DNA of 63,625 nt, filler included, from Reticulomyxa filosa (GCA_000512085.1; 15 parts of 15 records of this genome joined end to end with filler, not necessarily neighbours in it), one strand, 5' to 3'; shown: positions 1 through 12,776, counted from the whole stretch's first letter. Made by a program: numbers and translations. Notes: generated by a model from the sequence alone, not told the origin.

Positions 1-1150
1 TGTGTGAGGAAGAAGATACTGCTGAGCATTTCTTGGTGGAATGTTTGCGGTACAGTGAATCACGTCGCAGTTTGTGGACAAATATCCAAGAATTGCTACC
101 AGATATCAATGTATTGTCCCTGTCAATGAAACAATTCATTATTGGTGATCGATCGTGGAAACCAGGATCAAAGTTGTGAAAGCAGCTGCCAAGTTCGTAG
201 TCGATACCAAGAGAAGGATTTGGATAATTGTCAAGTTTCTTCAAGTAAATCTCAATTTAAATTTAAATAACTTATTGTTTTTCTTTTGATTATTTTTTGC
301 ATTGACCTTTTTGGTCGTTTTAAGATTTTGTGTGTCTTTCTTTTATTTTTGTGCTTCTTTTTTTGAGTACTGTGTTCTATTTCTTAGAACGAAGTGCTCT
401 TAACTAAAAAGACCTTAGTTTGTGCAGGTAGATAGGGCAAAAAGCAGTGCAAGTTGAGGATTGAGCGAGATAGTAGTCCAATACTTGACACGCACCCACT
501 GCAACCCATCTATAAAAAAAAAATTCTGGAATGGAGCAGCAGACTTACACAAAAAGAAATTAAATAGTGACAATGTGCAGAATCCTTGGTATTATGAAAT
601 TGACAGCAAACTTATCACAAGTGCGTTCGCTGGAGCAGTAAATTTCCAGATCACAATTTGGCAATTGCGTATCAATTATGGAGAAATAATCACAACATCG
701 AAAGTGATGTAAAAATAAGTAGGGAATTATCAACTCTATCCAGAGCATACATTCACGCAGCTGAAGTTGGTATTCAGATGTGCAGACAGATCAATATCCT
801 CACTCAAACAGGCTGCTAATGCAAATTACAAAGTTCCCTCATTCCAAGAAATCATCTTTCGAGAAATAGAAAGAGTCAATATCTGAAAAAATTTTTAATT
901 CATTGGATGAAAGCACAGTTGCAATATTTGAAGACTGAAGTTGCAGACCAGATCCAGGACTAGGAGAATTGATATTTCCTGTCTAATTTGATAGAAGGCG
1001 CAATCATTTGAGAAATTGTATTACATTCATTGACATTTAGTAAACTCAAGATCATTTATCGGTTGATCAAGATATCAATGTATTGTCCCTGTCAATGAAA
1101 CAGTTTGTGGAAACCAGTCCGTAATCAATACCAAGAGAAGGATTTAAAGT
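1..1150 (+). mobile_element. Decayed 3' portions of a non-LTR retrotransposon ORF2 (C-terminal zinc finger, RNase H remnant)
   Basis: Frame 3 from base 3 reads CEEEDTAEHFLVECLRYSESRRSLW (LINE ORF2 C-terminal CCHC motif), then KVVKAAAKFVVDTKRR after a frameshift. About 580-930 holds RNase H-like pieces (WYYEIDSK..GA, IHAAEVGI, RQINILT, LIHWMKAQ). The tail is repeated at 1070-1150. Confidence 0.7.
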
Positions 1151-1353
1151 TTCTTCAAGATAATCTAAATTTAAATTAAAATAACTTCATTGTTTTTCTT
1201 TTGTTTTTGTGTTTCTTTTGATTACTGTATTCTATTTCTTAGAACGAGTTGCTCTTTAAATTAGAAAGACCTGAGTTTATGCATGTAGATGCAAAAAAGC
1301 ATTGCAAGTTGATGATGAAGCTAGAGCCCACAACCAATCCCAAATACTTGACA
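101..1353. repeat. Degenerate direct repeat, 101-490 vs 1070-1353
   Basis: Shared blocks AGATATCAATGTATTGTCCCTGTCAATGAAACA, ATACCAAGAGAAGGATTT, AAGTTTCTTCAAG, TTCTATTTCTTAGAACGA, TGCAAGTTGA and AATACTTGACA occur in the same order in both copies. Confidence 0.85.
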
Positions 1354-2770
1354 TGTTTTCCTCTTTGATCTGTTGTCGTTAATATATAATAAAGAAGATA
1401 AAGATCACTGCGATTATTCTTTAATAGTTTCCCAACACTGGATAGCAATACAATTGGTCGTATTCGCCTTCTTCCATAATTTGGACATGTATCCAATTCG
1501 AAAGATATTTTAATCTTCTTTTCAATATTATTATCCAACCAAGCAGGATTATGCGAATTCCAACCACCAATGATAATATTCACTTTTAAATACATACAAA
1601 TTAAATCTTACAACTGCTGTTACAATATTAGTCATCACTATAGAAGCTACAAAATATTATTAACCTTCTTTCACCTGGACATCTCCAGTATGTTAGCTTT
1701 CGAGAAAAAGCAGTTGACGTTCTGGAATATAATTTCATTGATTATATTCATTATCGTTGTTGATGAACTTCTTTTTTTCTTTGTTCTTTTTATTGTTTTT
1801 ATCTTGGAATTTGAAAAGTATTTTTTATTTCCTCTTTCTTGTTGTTTTACTTGTCCTTTTTAACAATTTTTTGTCTTGTCTTTTGAATAACAGGCAAATC
1901 ACTATCGTGATTGCCTTTCCTTGTTCTTCTTGTGGAAACAATCTTCGAAGGCATGATTATTCCTTCCACAATACTTACATTTCTTTCTTGTTATTTCTGG
2001 ATTTGTTGTGTTTTATTTGTTTGTTTCTTCAACAATCCAAAATTATATATAAAGCATTTCATAGTTCTTTGCTTCTTTTTTTTGATTCTCTTTTCCGTTT
2101 TCATTAACTTTTTGTTCTCCAAATGTTGTCGGGAAAATGTATGTGCCTTAATTGTCGCTGCCAATATCTTACCATTTTTCCCAAATATCTTCAATATCGA
2201 TTTTTGTGATTTCAATGAATGTCCATTAACATGGCCAATTACTAATGTTAGTAATTCTTGCAGAAAAATTCTTTCTAACATTCATTTTTTGCTTCTATAT
2301 ATTTTTTTTTCTTCTTGTATTCTTGTTGTTCTTTCGATTCATTTGATCGATTATCTTGTGAAATAACAATAAGTGCAAAATGCCTCAATTTTTTGCTTGA
2401 TGTTTCATTTTAAACATAATCTCCAAATTCAGAAAATCGATTGATTCCCCATTATGCATATCTACATAAAAATATATATATATATCCCCCTTCATCATTG
2501 GCTAGCTAAAAGTCAACAGGGGGTAACAGTCTAGCAAAAGTGAGTGGCAAGAATGCCAAAATCATCGCTACCCGGCAGCTCATTAAGATACGAGGAAAGC
2601 GCTCGTGCCAGCAACGTGCGAGTAGCCTCATGCTCCTAGCAGAAAAGGTCACTAAATTCCCTAAAACCAAAGAAAAGGCAATCGAAAGCCCCTGAATGCC
2701 TGGAAACTACTTAAGGACCGAAAATCAAAGAAAAATACCCCCGAAGGCCAGGAAACCAACGACTTGAAAT
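1240..2770 (-). mobile_element. Internally deleted non-LTR retrotransposon 5' half (5'UTR, gag-like ORF1, APE endonuclease, RT)
   Basis: Minus-strand motifs in canonical order: GC-richer leader (~2490-2770), CX2CX4HX4C knuckle CKYCGRNNHAFEDC (~1938-1979), APE motifs IIFQNVN (~1715-1735) and IIIGG-WNSHNPAW, and RT motifs RPIVLLSSVGKLL and HVKYLGL. Confidence 0.8.
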
Positions 2771-3339
2771 GCTTCATCAATTTTTATGTTTGTTTTTTAA
2801 TTGCAATAGTTTTATTCAATTTTGTAATCGTGATAACGGATAGTGTTGGATTTTTGTCCATTTTAAGTCTTGAATATGCATTGACATTTTGAAATAGGTG
2901 ATTTAATGAACCATGCTGTTTATAGCACAGTCACATCTTCATCATATTGAACTGCGACGAATACAGTCTGATTCAATAGCACAATATCGTGTTGTCATAT
3001 AATAGTTGAATGAATCAAGGCCGAATGCTCATTTAAATTGGTAAATTTTCGACAATGTAAATCGCAGTGATTCCACAATCAAATAAATCACCATTTGTTG
3101 ACATTTTGTTATTGAATAATATTCCCAAATCCTGTACTTGCCATATATGCCATAATTTCTGTGAGTTGGAATATTCCATAAATGGAATTACTACAAACAT
3201 TGGATGATATATTGATACTTGCATTGTAATATTTACATATCCTTTTATTATTTGCTTTGCTTAGTAATTATAACATACAAACATCGACTATAATTCAAAA
3301 CAAACACACATGAACATTTATACAATAACATATTTGCTT

Positions 3340-5520
3340 ACCAAAGCTTGAATATTTTCCATTGCCTTTTTGAAGCATTTTCGATAGAACTGTATTTCAG
3401 ATATGCATTCTTATAAAACTCTCCAATCGGGTCTGCAAACAGTCTTAATTAGAATATTCCTCATTGTTATAGTCTTCCTTTTCTTGGTGCATTCGAATTT
3501 CAGATTCTTGTTTAAATCTTACAGTCGTTTTCCCAAGTCTTTGATACTTTCCAGTTGGTTTTTGTCCACTGTTTGATTTGTTGATGTTTCATACAAACAT
3601 TTTTATGTTTGTACATATATTTTTTTTGAAAAGAGATTTTAAAAAAAAATTGCAAATAGTGAAAAAAAGACATAACGTCGAATTGCTTCGGACAAAGCTT
3701 CTTCAAATTCTCCTGCACAAACCAAAGCATTAGTGTTGTTATTTCTACATTGTGACACTACAAATCTGATCATCGACTCCTTACTATCTGGGGCCACTTT
3801 GCGATTGTTATCATCAAAAATTTCAGTGAATTGTATTTTGAAAATCCAAAGTGACAGACGTTCTTGCAAAAAGGATATATCTTTCATTGCAAAGAAGAAC
3901 TTATCGGTGATATTCATATCGTTAGAATCGCCATCCTAATTTCGGAACAGCTCTTTGTCAATTTCAGTTCATTTTCGTCCATTCCTGAAATGGCATCATT
4001 GATGACAAAGTTGGACTCTTTCAGTCGCGACAAGTCAATGGACACATTGTATTGTTTCTTTTGTCTTGTTCTGCCAACAGCGACACGATTTTTTTTAATT
4101 CTTTTTATTGTCTGTTTAATCTTCTTATCGTCTCCTGTTCCTCCCGTACCCCCTTTTTCTTCTCCTTCTTTTGCCTGTCCGGCTGTTGGAACCATGTTTC
4201 AATACTATCAATATCCAACTTCACCACAACTTTGGCACTCCGTCTTTTTTCTTCATGTCTTTCGATATGTCCATTTTTCCAGTACTGTACACTATAATGT
4301 CGAGCGAGTCTATACCAATGTCCGCACAAATAGTGCCCGCCGTGTCATTGGTTTGCTTCAGCGCATTCCAATACAAGTTCTTCACTTTCACGCGATGCTT
4401 TGGCGTGTCGATCATCATTACTTTGGGCAGCGACTTTCCTCTCGATAAATCTGAAAACGTCTGCATACAGTCCCGGCAGCGATTGCAACGGCACGTGCGC
4501 TCCTGTAAGCGAAATATGTGATTCTTCAAGTGAAACAGGTACATCGATTGCCATCGTTGGCGTCAGTGCGTAGCTTCAGCTCCTCATGGAATATGCACTG
4601 GTGCTGACACTGGGCTAATAACAGTAGCAGCTGCAGGTATTTGCGTTGTGGTCGTAAGATGTGCTGAATTTGTACTTTTATGCTTCTATCGGATTTGCCG
4701 TCCGGTATCGATTGTATAGACTTTGTTTGCGCGACTATTGTGGCCGATTTCTTGCAAAAACAAAACAAGAAATGATTTAAACATAAAACAAAAGTATTCT
4801 CATTGAATTTAAATGTTGATATTAGTGTTAATGTTGATGTTGACTATATACCTTTTTAAGAATGTCAATTTACAGTAACATTATCTGCGTTTTGGTGGCT
4901 TGCTTCAACCTCACCCAATTCATTTGCGTTCGTAGCTTGATCAGCTCGCGCTTGCTTTCGTCCAATTGCGATCGCAACGTTTCTATCTCCTGCTTGCTCA
5001 AACACTGTTCTTCATACTCGACTTCGTCTTCCGCCAAACTTAGTCACTTTTTCATTAGTTCAAAGCTAGTGAATCCACTATCTAATATTATAATTCATTT
5101 ATATATGTATATAAATATATATTAATTTGATTGAAAATAACCTTACATTAATTGCAACTCTTGCAAAAGTTAACTTTTTCTTAAACCCTTGTATCTTTCG
5201 TTCTTCCGTTTTGTTGTTTCGTCAAATGGCTCTTCGTTGCCTCGCAATTTAGTAGATATTTTATCAGTTGTGCTCATCGTGTTAATTTTTTCGAAAGCTG
5301 TCCACAATATGTCTTGGATCTTGTGATTAAGAGCAAGCCCGCCAAAATGCCTGTCAAGTCTAGCAATTGTTTTTCGCACATTACCTTTTTGAACATCAAG
5401 TGATACGTTTGTTTGTAGTTACTCAGTTTGTTGTTCCAAATCACCTGTTGATTGTTCTCATCTTTGACTCGAAATACGTGCTTCTGGCGTACCAACTTAG
5501 CTTATTACGAAATGAAGATG
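3340..5520 (-). pseudogene. Formin (FH2 domain) pseudogene, multi-exon
   Basis: FH2 motifs spread over several frames: PKHRVKVKNLYWNAL..GTICADI, KKQYNVSIDLSRLK..INDAISGMDENEL, DKFFFAMKDISFLQERLSLWIFKIQF. Multiple stops and frameshifts; boundaries approximate. Confidence 0.7.
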
Positions 5521-5980
5521 TCGCGAGTCCATCATAGTGACTGAAGTGTATATCATTCTTTCTTTGCGAGTCACCACGCGAAAAATCTAACTAAAAAAAT
5601 TTTTATCAAACAACAAGTTTTTTTTCTGAACAAAAAGAAAAAATACTTTAAACTAAGCTATTTTTCTGCAGTACATGTTTTTCAATGCTTCAAATCAAAA
5701 ATATTTTTTCCAATTAATATGCGTATTCTAAAACATTATTTTAAGGTTAAAGATCTTAACTGCAGAACATAAATTGCTATTCTGCTTAAGGTGTAATAAA
5801 GTGCTTCGAAACTGTTGATAATTAAGGATAGCGTGCAAACAAAGTGTAACTTTGGAAGAGGAAGAAAGCACAAATTTATTTAAAAACGCAACGCAGACTG
5901 TAGAATTGGCACCTCAAAATTGTGATTAATAGCTTCCCTTGGCCTTGCGTTAGGATAAATACAAGTGCTAAAACCGTGAA

Positions 5981-7594
5981 ATGAAAAATTTGGAAATCGT
6001 TTCCAACACGGTGGACGCAGTGAAAGAGAGCGATGGTAGTCGTCAGTCAAAAAAAAGCAACGAAAGAAATGTTAATGAAATGGGAAATACGAATCCAATG
6101 GGCCTTAGCACCAATCATCTGAGCAGCATACCAGAAAGCAATGTGTCAAACAATGGAAGAGCGTGGGTAGTGTTACCTATCAATGCGAGTGGCAATGATA
6201 AAAGAGAGCGCCGTGACCCACCAACGGTGCAGCTCTTGAGTGATGAAGTGAAGTCCGAAATGCAAATAAAAAAGCGCAAGAAAGCGCGTGCGTCCATGAG
6301 TGAGTGGGGATCATCAGAAAATATGAATGGGACATTTGAGTTTGTGAAATTGGGAACACAAATCGGGGTTAGTTTTTGGATGTGTGGATGCATTGAAGAA
6401 AAGTTGTTTGCAAACCAAACATTTGATTTGCCTTGGTTTTTAGTGACATTTGAATTGCTATTTTTTTGCACTGTCACGTTTGGACGAGAGTGGTATCGAC
6501 AATGTCACCATTGCATCCTCCCAACGGTCCTTTGGACTTTGACTCACAACAAACTAGTCCATGTCTCTCAAAAAGAAAAAGAGATCAAAGATTCGATCCC
6601 CGAGTTGAGTGCATCACAATTCAAATAAACAAACAATAAAATTATAAATAAATTTATTTATTTATAATTTTATTGTTTGTTTGTTTGTTTGTTGTTTTTG
6701 CTGGCACGATGAAATGAACAAATGAGTGAAGTGGTTCTTTGATCATGACACGAAAGTCATCACTTCAACTGCATCTAACGATTGGACTGGCCATGACTGT
6801 CTCGCGAGGATTGACTCTGTTGTCGCTGCTGTACTTGAGTTACCCCACCCAACTTATATTCAAATCCCTGAAATTGCTGATAGTTTTGTTGGGGAGCATC
6901 TGTGCACTGCAAAGGAAATACAATTGCATGGAAGTCACCGGACACGTCTGCATGGCCATTGCTGCCTGTCTCTTCAGCTGGGGAGATCGCCAATCCAATT
7001 CCAAGTTCCATCTCTTTGGAGTTTTTTTGGTTTTGTCCAGGTTAAAAAAATACAACACTTAATGCATATATAAACTTGGGTGCAACATATGTTGTCAGTA
7101 CATGCATTATCTCGATCTTGTCTGTCAATGAATATTTTAAAAACTCAAGTGCAATGTTTGAATGGAATAGCCTGGTGGCTGATTCGGTGCATGCGAATTG
7201 CCAAGAGTACGCATTGACAGTAAATCAATCATCATATAACGAAATGATGCTGTATTCGAATGCCGTGGCGGCAGTATGTTCGGCAATGGTGTGCGTATAC
7301 ACCGGAGAAATGGCTCATGGACTGATGTTCTGCTACGAAAATCCGAGTATGTATGCTCTTTTTTTAATTAGAAACGCCGGACTTTATTTTGGTGCCATTG
7401 CCTATTTGGAAATGACCAAAAAATTTGGCGTGGTTGTTGCGTCGCAAGTTACCACGGCCAGAAAAGTGCTGACTATTTGTAGCTCATTCTATTTTTTTCC
7501 CAAGCCTTTCATCTTTAAACATCAGCTTGGTTCTTTGGCATTTGCACTTTCCATTGTCCTTGGCGTTCTTGGAAAACGCCAGTTGACTGTTTGA
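5981..7594 (+). CDS. UAA-family nucleotide-sugar/PAPS transporter (SLC35B3/PAPST2-like), about 3 exons
   Basis: Motifs LSYPTQLIFKSLKL, ANCQE, EMMLYSN and VTTARKVLTICSSFYFFPKPF. GT-AG intron 7041-7170 restores the frame; the first intron (~6.6-6.73 kb) is not exactly placed. Confidence 0.85.
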
Positions 7595-8115
7595 TTGCTT
7601 TTCAAAATCGAGATAGCATTTTATTTTTGTTGAAACGAATAAACCACTTGTTTGTTTCATTCATTTATTTGTTTATTTTTTTTTGTTTGTCTGTTGGTTT
7701 TGCTTTTGCTTGTTTTTTTCGTTTTTCAAAGCTAGCAGATGATTTTTTGCTGGTTTTTTGTGTACCTTTACGTGATTGTGACATTGTAACAGCATTTTTC
7801 CTTCATTCTCGATTCTCTAATTTCACTAAACATACTTTATTCGTGAATATTATGTTTAGCTGTTGCAATGATTGTGTGTGATTGATATATGTTCCCGTCA
7901 TTTTTTAATTTTCTTTCATCGACTTAGACAAACTATACTTTGTGACTCAAGAAGATATTGCATCGCTTTTTTTTGTTCAAGCAATATTTTAAGTTGAGTT
8001 GATAACATAGTTAATTAGATGACACAATTTTAGTTATCGAAAAGGGAGTGACATATTCAATAAAAAAAAAATCTATGAACGAACAATCTAATATGTTTTC
8101 CACTTAAACACACAG

Positions 8116-8517
8116 TTATTTAGAAGAGGTCAATTCCAAAATTTGTTGAATTAATTTTTCACTCATTCCTTTATGACGACACAACTCCATAAGTTGCATG
8201 AAGTTCATATCGTCAATGGATTGCATTTGTATCTTTTTCCATTCTTCTGACAATGCCTCATATTTTTTTTCCATATCTTGCAACAGTTGCTGTTGTCGCA
8301 ATCTATAGCGTCTCGCAGCGTGTTTGTTGCTTTCGCGACTGTATATTGTCAGTCATAGTTGAATGACTCGCATCGATCAAAAATTTGACAACATAATTTT
8401 CCCATACCGTTTTGTCTCACTGTCGTGGAAGGATGTGCTGTCCGAATTTGTGTCTGAACTTTTATCTTTTGCTTGTTCAACATTTTTCATTTCCACATCC
8501 CTCTCTCCTTTTGGCAT
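8116..8517 (-). CDS. bZIP transcription factor (2 exons)
   Basis: Splicing GT-AG intron 8339-8407 gives KRRESNKHAARRYRLRQQQLLQDMEKKYEALSEE, a basic region (N-x2-AA-x3-R) plus a short zipper. Putative ATG at 8517. Confidence 0.75.
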
Positions 8518-8941
8518 TTTCAACTAAATAAATATTATGCTTGTAAATATATGGAGTTTTTCCAAACAAGTCTTCGTTTGTTAAGCCACCCCTTTTTTTT
8601 TGATAAAATTCTTTTATTATGGCTTAATAAAAACTTGAAAAAATCAATCCCTATGACCTTTTCCACGTCAAAACATGGTCTAAGTCAATCTGTCTGTAGA
8701 ACTCTTTTCATTTGAAAGGCAACGAAATAGATCGTATTGTTGTCAGCTGAACTTTGTTCGCCGACAAAAATTTATTAAAGTATGAAACCCAAAAAAAAGC
8801 TAATTGTTAAGATTTACTGATTTATAGATACATTAAAAAATTTCAAAAATTTGCTTTTTCGTGAATAACTTGCAAATGTTTAAATTAATTTTCGACTTTT
8901 TTTGATATCGATTGTATAGCAAAGAAGTAGAAAACATAACT

Positions 8942-10263
8942 TCAATTTTTTAAAAAGTTATCATCCTCTCCAAAAATTTGTGCAAATGGTGCGTAATTTC
9001 CATTTGGATTGTGTACCTTTCCACAGTTATGATCATTCAAAATTGCGAAACAAATAACGTCAAAGGCATTTCGGAGTCCATGATCTTCGCAAAGCACTTG
9101 GTTAAAAAGTAGAGCCAAATGTTGAGGTGGACAAGAATAAGCGCCACACCCCCATGCCCCTAAAACAACAGCTTTATGTTGAAAATGAAGTGCGCATTGT
9201 AATACCGTTTTGAATTTGCGCTGAATATTCCGAGCCACTTGTTTGGATGATATTTGCAGTGTCTTTGGGTTCAATGCTGGTTTATGGTACATGGCCGCCG
9301 CAATAAAAGACACTGGAAACGGAGTCGAACACAACTTATATCCACTTTCTTCATTATGTCGAAACACAGTGACATTGGGAGAATAAATGCAACCAAATTC
9401 AGGAATTGGATATTTTTTCAATGTGTTTTCCTGCTTTTTTTTCGTGTGCACATTGTCAATTAATGATACTTGATACAACGAACGTCGAAATAAATTTTCT
9501 TCTTGTGCACCAGAGCCTGATTTCCATCCCCCTCCTGGAGTCCTTTCATTTGCCATATTTAAACATATTGGATTTAATCCTTTTTTATATAAGATTTCGC
9601 ATACATCCAAGCAGTCCATATTCGTCGTGAATATTCTCGTTTTTTTATCTGCTCTTTTTATTTTTATTTGTTCACCCTTTTTGATACTACAAATATAATA
9701 TTTGTATTACGATGTACATATATAGTGCGTATACTCAGAACATACATGGACGCTAGCGTGGAGACTTCTTCCCTCTTTTCCTCGTCTAAGGTAATTGGCT
9801 CTGTTGCTTTAATATGATCTTCTTTTTTTGACACAAATGAGCTTTTATTTGTTGTCGCATCTTGTTCTTTTGATTCTGCAAAGATAACAGCCGCATTTGC
9901 GATTATCTCAAATTCGTTTTTTTTGTTCAAATATATGGTTGTGATGCCATCATCCAATACGTATTTTTCAGCTCTTACAATTGCGTTTGTTTGAGACTGA
10001 ATCAGTATTCTCAAATTATGAAAGGACTTTGAGTACTTTGCTTTTGTTTGTTTTGATGCATTGGCCAATTTCATCAATTCACTTAAGCATTCTTTCCATA
10101 ATGTGCTATTATGGGGCAACTTTTCCAGTTCTTTTCTTATCGATTGGACTTGGTTTGGAGCTTGCACTATTTGCCTAAATAATGACTTTTGATACATTAC
10201 TATGTTTTGTGTCGTTTCAGAGGTGATAGTAGACGCATCACAAGAAAATTCTTTTTCAGTCAT
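8942..10263 (-). CDS. Bacterial-type poly(ADP-ribose) glycohydrolase (TIGR02452/DUF2263 macrodomain), about 420 aa
   Basis: Motifs LNMANERTPGGGWKSGSGAQEENLFRRS (GGG-x6-QEE), IYSPNVTVFR and VLGAWGCGAY. The 59-nt GT-AG intron 9687-9745 joins the two ORFs in frame without a stop. Confidence 0.9.
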
Positions 10264-11192
10264 GCTAATAGATACAAAAGACTATTATTAAAATAAAATA
10301 TAGCCCCCGAGACACACGCCGGAAGAACAACCATATTGTATAATCCAAAGTTAGGAGAGATAGTATTCATTGTCCCGTTTATTGGCTTAACTATAGAAAC
10401 TCTTGAATATCAAAACGCTGCCATCATTTCATGGGATGTCGTATGAATATGCATGTGTAAAAATATATACTTTTTTATTCAGACTCTGTTCTTTTCATTT
10501 GAAAATATCCAATCTCAAACAGATGGAAAGGATATAATAAGGACGCTTTGGAGATACAATCTAGTCTTTGTTATCGATAGTAGAAACGATATTAGAATAC
10601 CTTGTGATATGGGCAACTGCGATCACTCGGCTAAAGAGCAGACTCATATCATATTGAAAGAGGAAGACTTAGTTATTTCTATTCCATTATATTTTGATTC
10701 ATTGACCAAGCAAACTCATTTTCAACATTGCACAAGGACAGACTATCTTATTTTTTTCTTTTTCACATACTATTTTTTTGGATGAATGTCAATTTGTAAT
10801 TTATTCTTGTTTTTTCTTGAAATTATTGTTTACATTTTAGAAAAAATATCAGCTAAAGTGTTCAATCCAGTCAATAGTGAAAGTGAATGTTCAATTGTTG
10901 ATTGATAATGTTGTTTAGCATATTCTCAAATGCTAATTTACAAATCAGATAAAAATCGACATGAAACGCATGATTGATGATATAGGTATCTTAAAATATT
11001 CTTTGTTTTTAAAAAAACCGATATACCTTTTATTCATTGTAAATAATAATTGCATTATTCACAATTTGCTTATATTGGAAATTTTACAAGGGTTTTGACT
11101 CAAAAAAAAATGAATATTTATAAATTGATTTTATTTTTATGCAAATCAGGATAAGTCTTTTTGGTCATGGAATATCTTAATTTTTATATAAT

Positions 11193-12776
11193 TTATTCAT
11201 TTATTCTCTTACTTAAATATTTTAGCATTCTTCTTGCTTCTAATGTTTCTTCGGCCCATTCACCCACTATTGCAGAGGATACTTTCCATGATTCTTCAAA
11301 ATAACTGTATGCAATTTTGTTTTCTTGCATTGTTCTATAGATACATCCTAAATTCCAAAGAATATCTTTAATATCATTGTTTATATTTCCAAATATTAAT
11401 TTTTTTATTTGTAATGCTTTTTTATGAAATTCGATTGCTTTATCATATTGTCCATTATCATCATAAGAACAGCCTAAATTAAGATAAGTATCAGCAACAT
11501 CACTATGATTAATACCAAATAAATGTAATCGAATTTGTAATGATTTTTCAAGGAATTCAATAGCTTTATTATATTGATTTGTATTGTGATAAACATTTCC
11601 TAAAGCAAAATATGATATAGCAACATCATTATTATTTATATCAAAAATTTTTAATCTAATTTGTAATGTTTTTTCAAAAAATTCTATTGCTTTGTTGTTT
11701 TCTTCTTTTTTTTCATAAATATATGCTAAATCATAATAAGAATTTGCAATATCATTATGTAAATTTCCAAATATTGATAATTGAATTGTTAATGCTTTTT
11801 CAAGAAATTCAATTGATTTATTATATTCTTTTTTATCAGCATAGGTTTTTGCTATATTACCATATAATTGAGCAATAAATGAACAATTCATTCCAAAAAT
11901 ATTTGATATAATTTGTAAAGCTTTTCCAAATAATTCAATTGCTTTATCATGTTGTCCTTTTTTATTATATGTAAGCCCAATCAAATTGTATGAAATAGCA
12001 ACATAAGGATGATTTAATCCAAAATTATTTATAGAAATTTTTAAATAATTTTTTAAATAAATAATAGAAGTGTCAAATAATTTTTTGGAAGTATATTCTT
12101 CATCTTTATCTTCAAGGTATTGGAGATGTAATGGAATATTATGATGTATCTTAATATCCCATGGAATAACAGAAAAAGATTCTTTCAAATGTTGATCAAC
12201 AATTACATTGCTTGTAACAAATACTTGAGTTGTAATTTTAGTATTTTCTTTATATTGAAATTTGCAATTAACAATATATACATTTCCATCAATATTTACA
12301 CTATCTAATATTATTAATTCTCTTTTTATTGCATATAACCAATAGGTTCGAAATTGTTTTTTAATTATATTTTCATTTTTTATTAATTGGATAAAAGAAG
12401 AGGATGAATCATCTTTTATATCTGTCCATTCTGATGTTCCATAAGCAACAATAATTATTCCTTGTTCATTATCATGTAACATTTGTTTAACTAATTTTGT
12501 TGCTTCTGCATTTGCTTTTCTCCAATTTCTATTCCAATGATTTTTAAAATCTAATGTTTCTGTAACACTTTCCTTTTTACTTTCAAATTGGTCATAATCA
12601 ATAGCATCATTACTTACATTTTGAATTTGTTCTTTTTTTTTAGTATAATCATTACTTTCAGTAATTATCATCAACACATCTTCAACATTAACAGAACAAA
12701 TTTGTTCCATCGTCGCTTTTGGAGATATTATTGAACGTATTTTTGTTCCATCTTCTACATAGATTTTAGATGACAT
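11193..12776 (-). CDS. TPR-repeat protein (42-aa kinesin-light-chain-type repeats) with uncharacterised N-terminal and central domains
   Basis: Intronless ORF with about 6-7 repeats of VAxSYxxLGxxYxxxxQYDKAIEFxEKALQI. Likely start MSSKIYVEDG at 12776. Confidence 0.9.
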   Translation of the reverse strand: MSSKIYVEDGTKIRSIISPKATMEQICSVNVEDVLMIITESNDYTKKKEQIQNVSNDAIDYDQFESKKESVTETLDFKNHWNRNWRKANAEATKLVKQMLHDNEQGIIIVAYGTSEWTDIKDDSSSSFIQLIKNENIIKKQFRTYWLYAIKRELIILDSVNIDGNVYIVNCKFQYKENTKITTQVFVTSNVIVDQHLKESFSVIPWDIKIHHNIPLHLQYLEDKDEEYTSKKLFDTSIIYLKNYLKISINNFGLNHPYVAISYNLIGLTYNKKGQHDKAIELFGKALQIISNIFGMNCSFIAQLYGNIAKTYADKKEYNKSIEFLEKALTIQLSIFGNLHNDIANSYYDLAYIYEKKEENNKAIEFFEKTLQIRLKIFDINNNDVAISYFALGNVYHNTNQYNKAIEFLEKSLQIRLHLFGINHSDVADTYLNLGCSYDDNGQYDKAIEFHKKALQIKKLIFGNINNDIKDILWNLGCIYRTMQENKIAYSYFEESWKVSSAIVGEWAEETLEARRMLKYLSKRINE

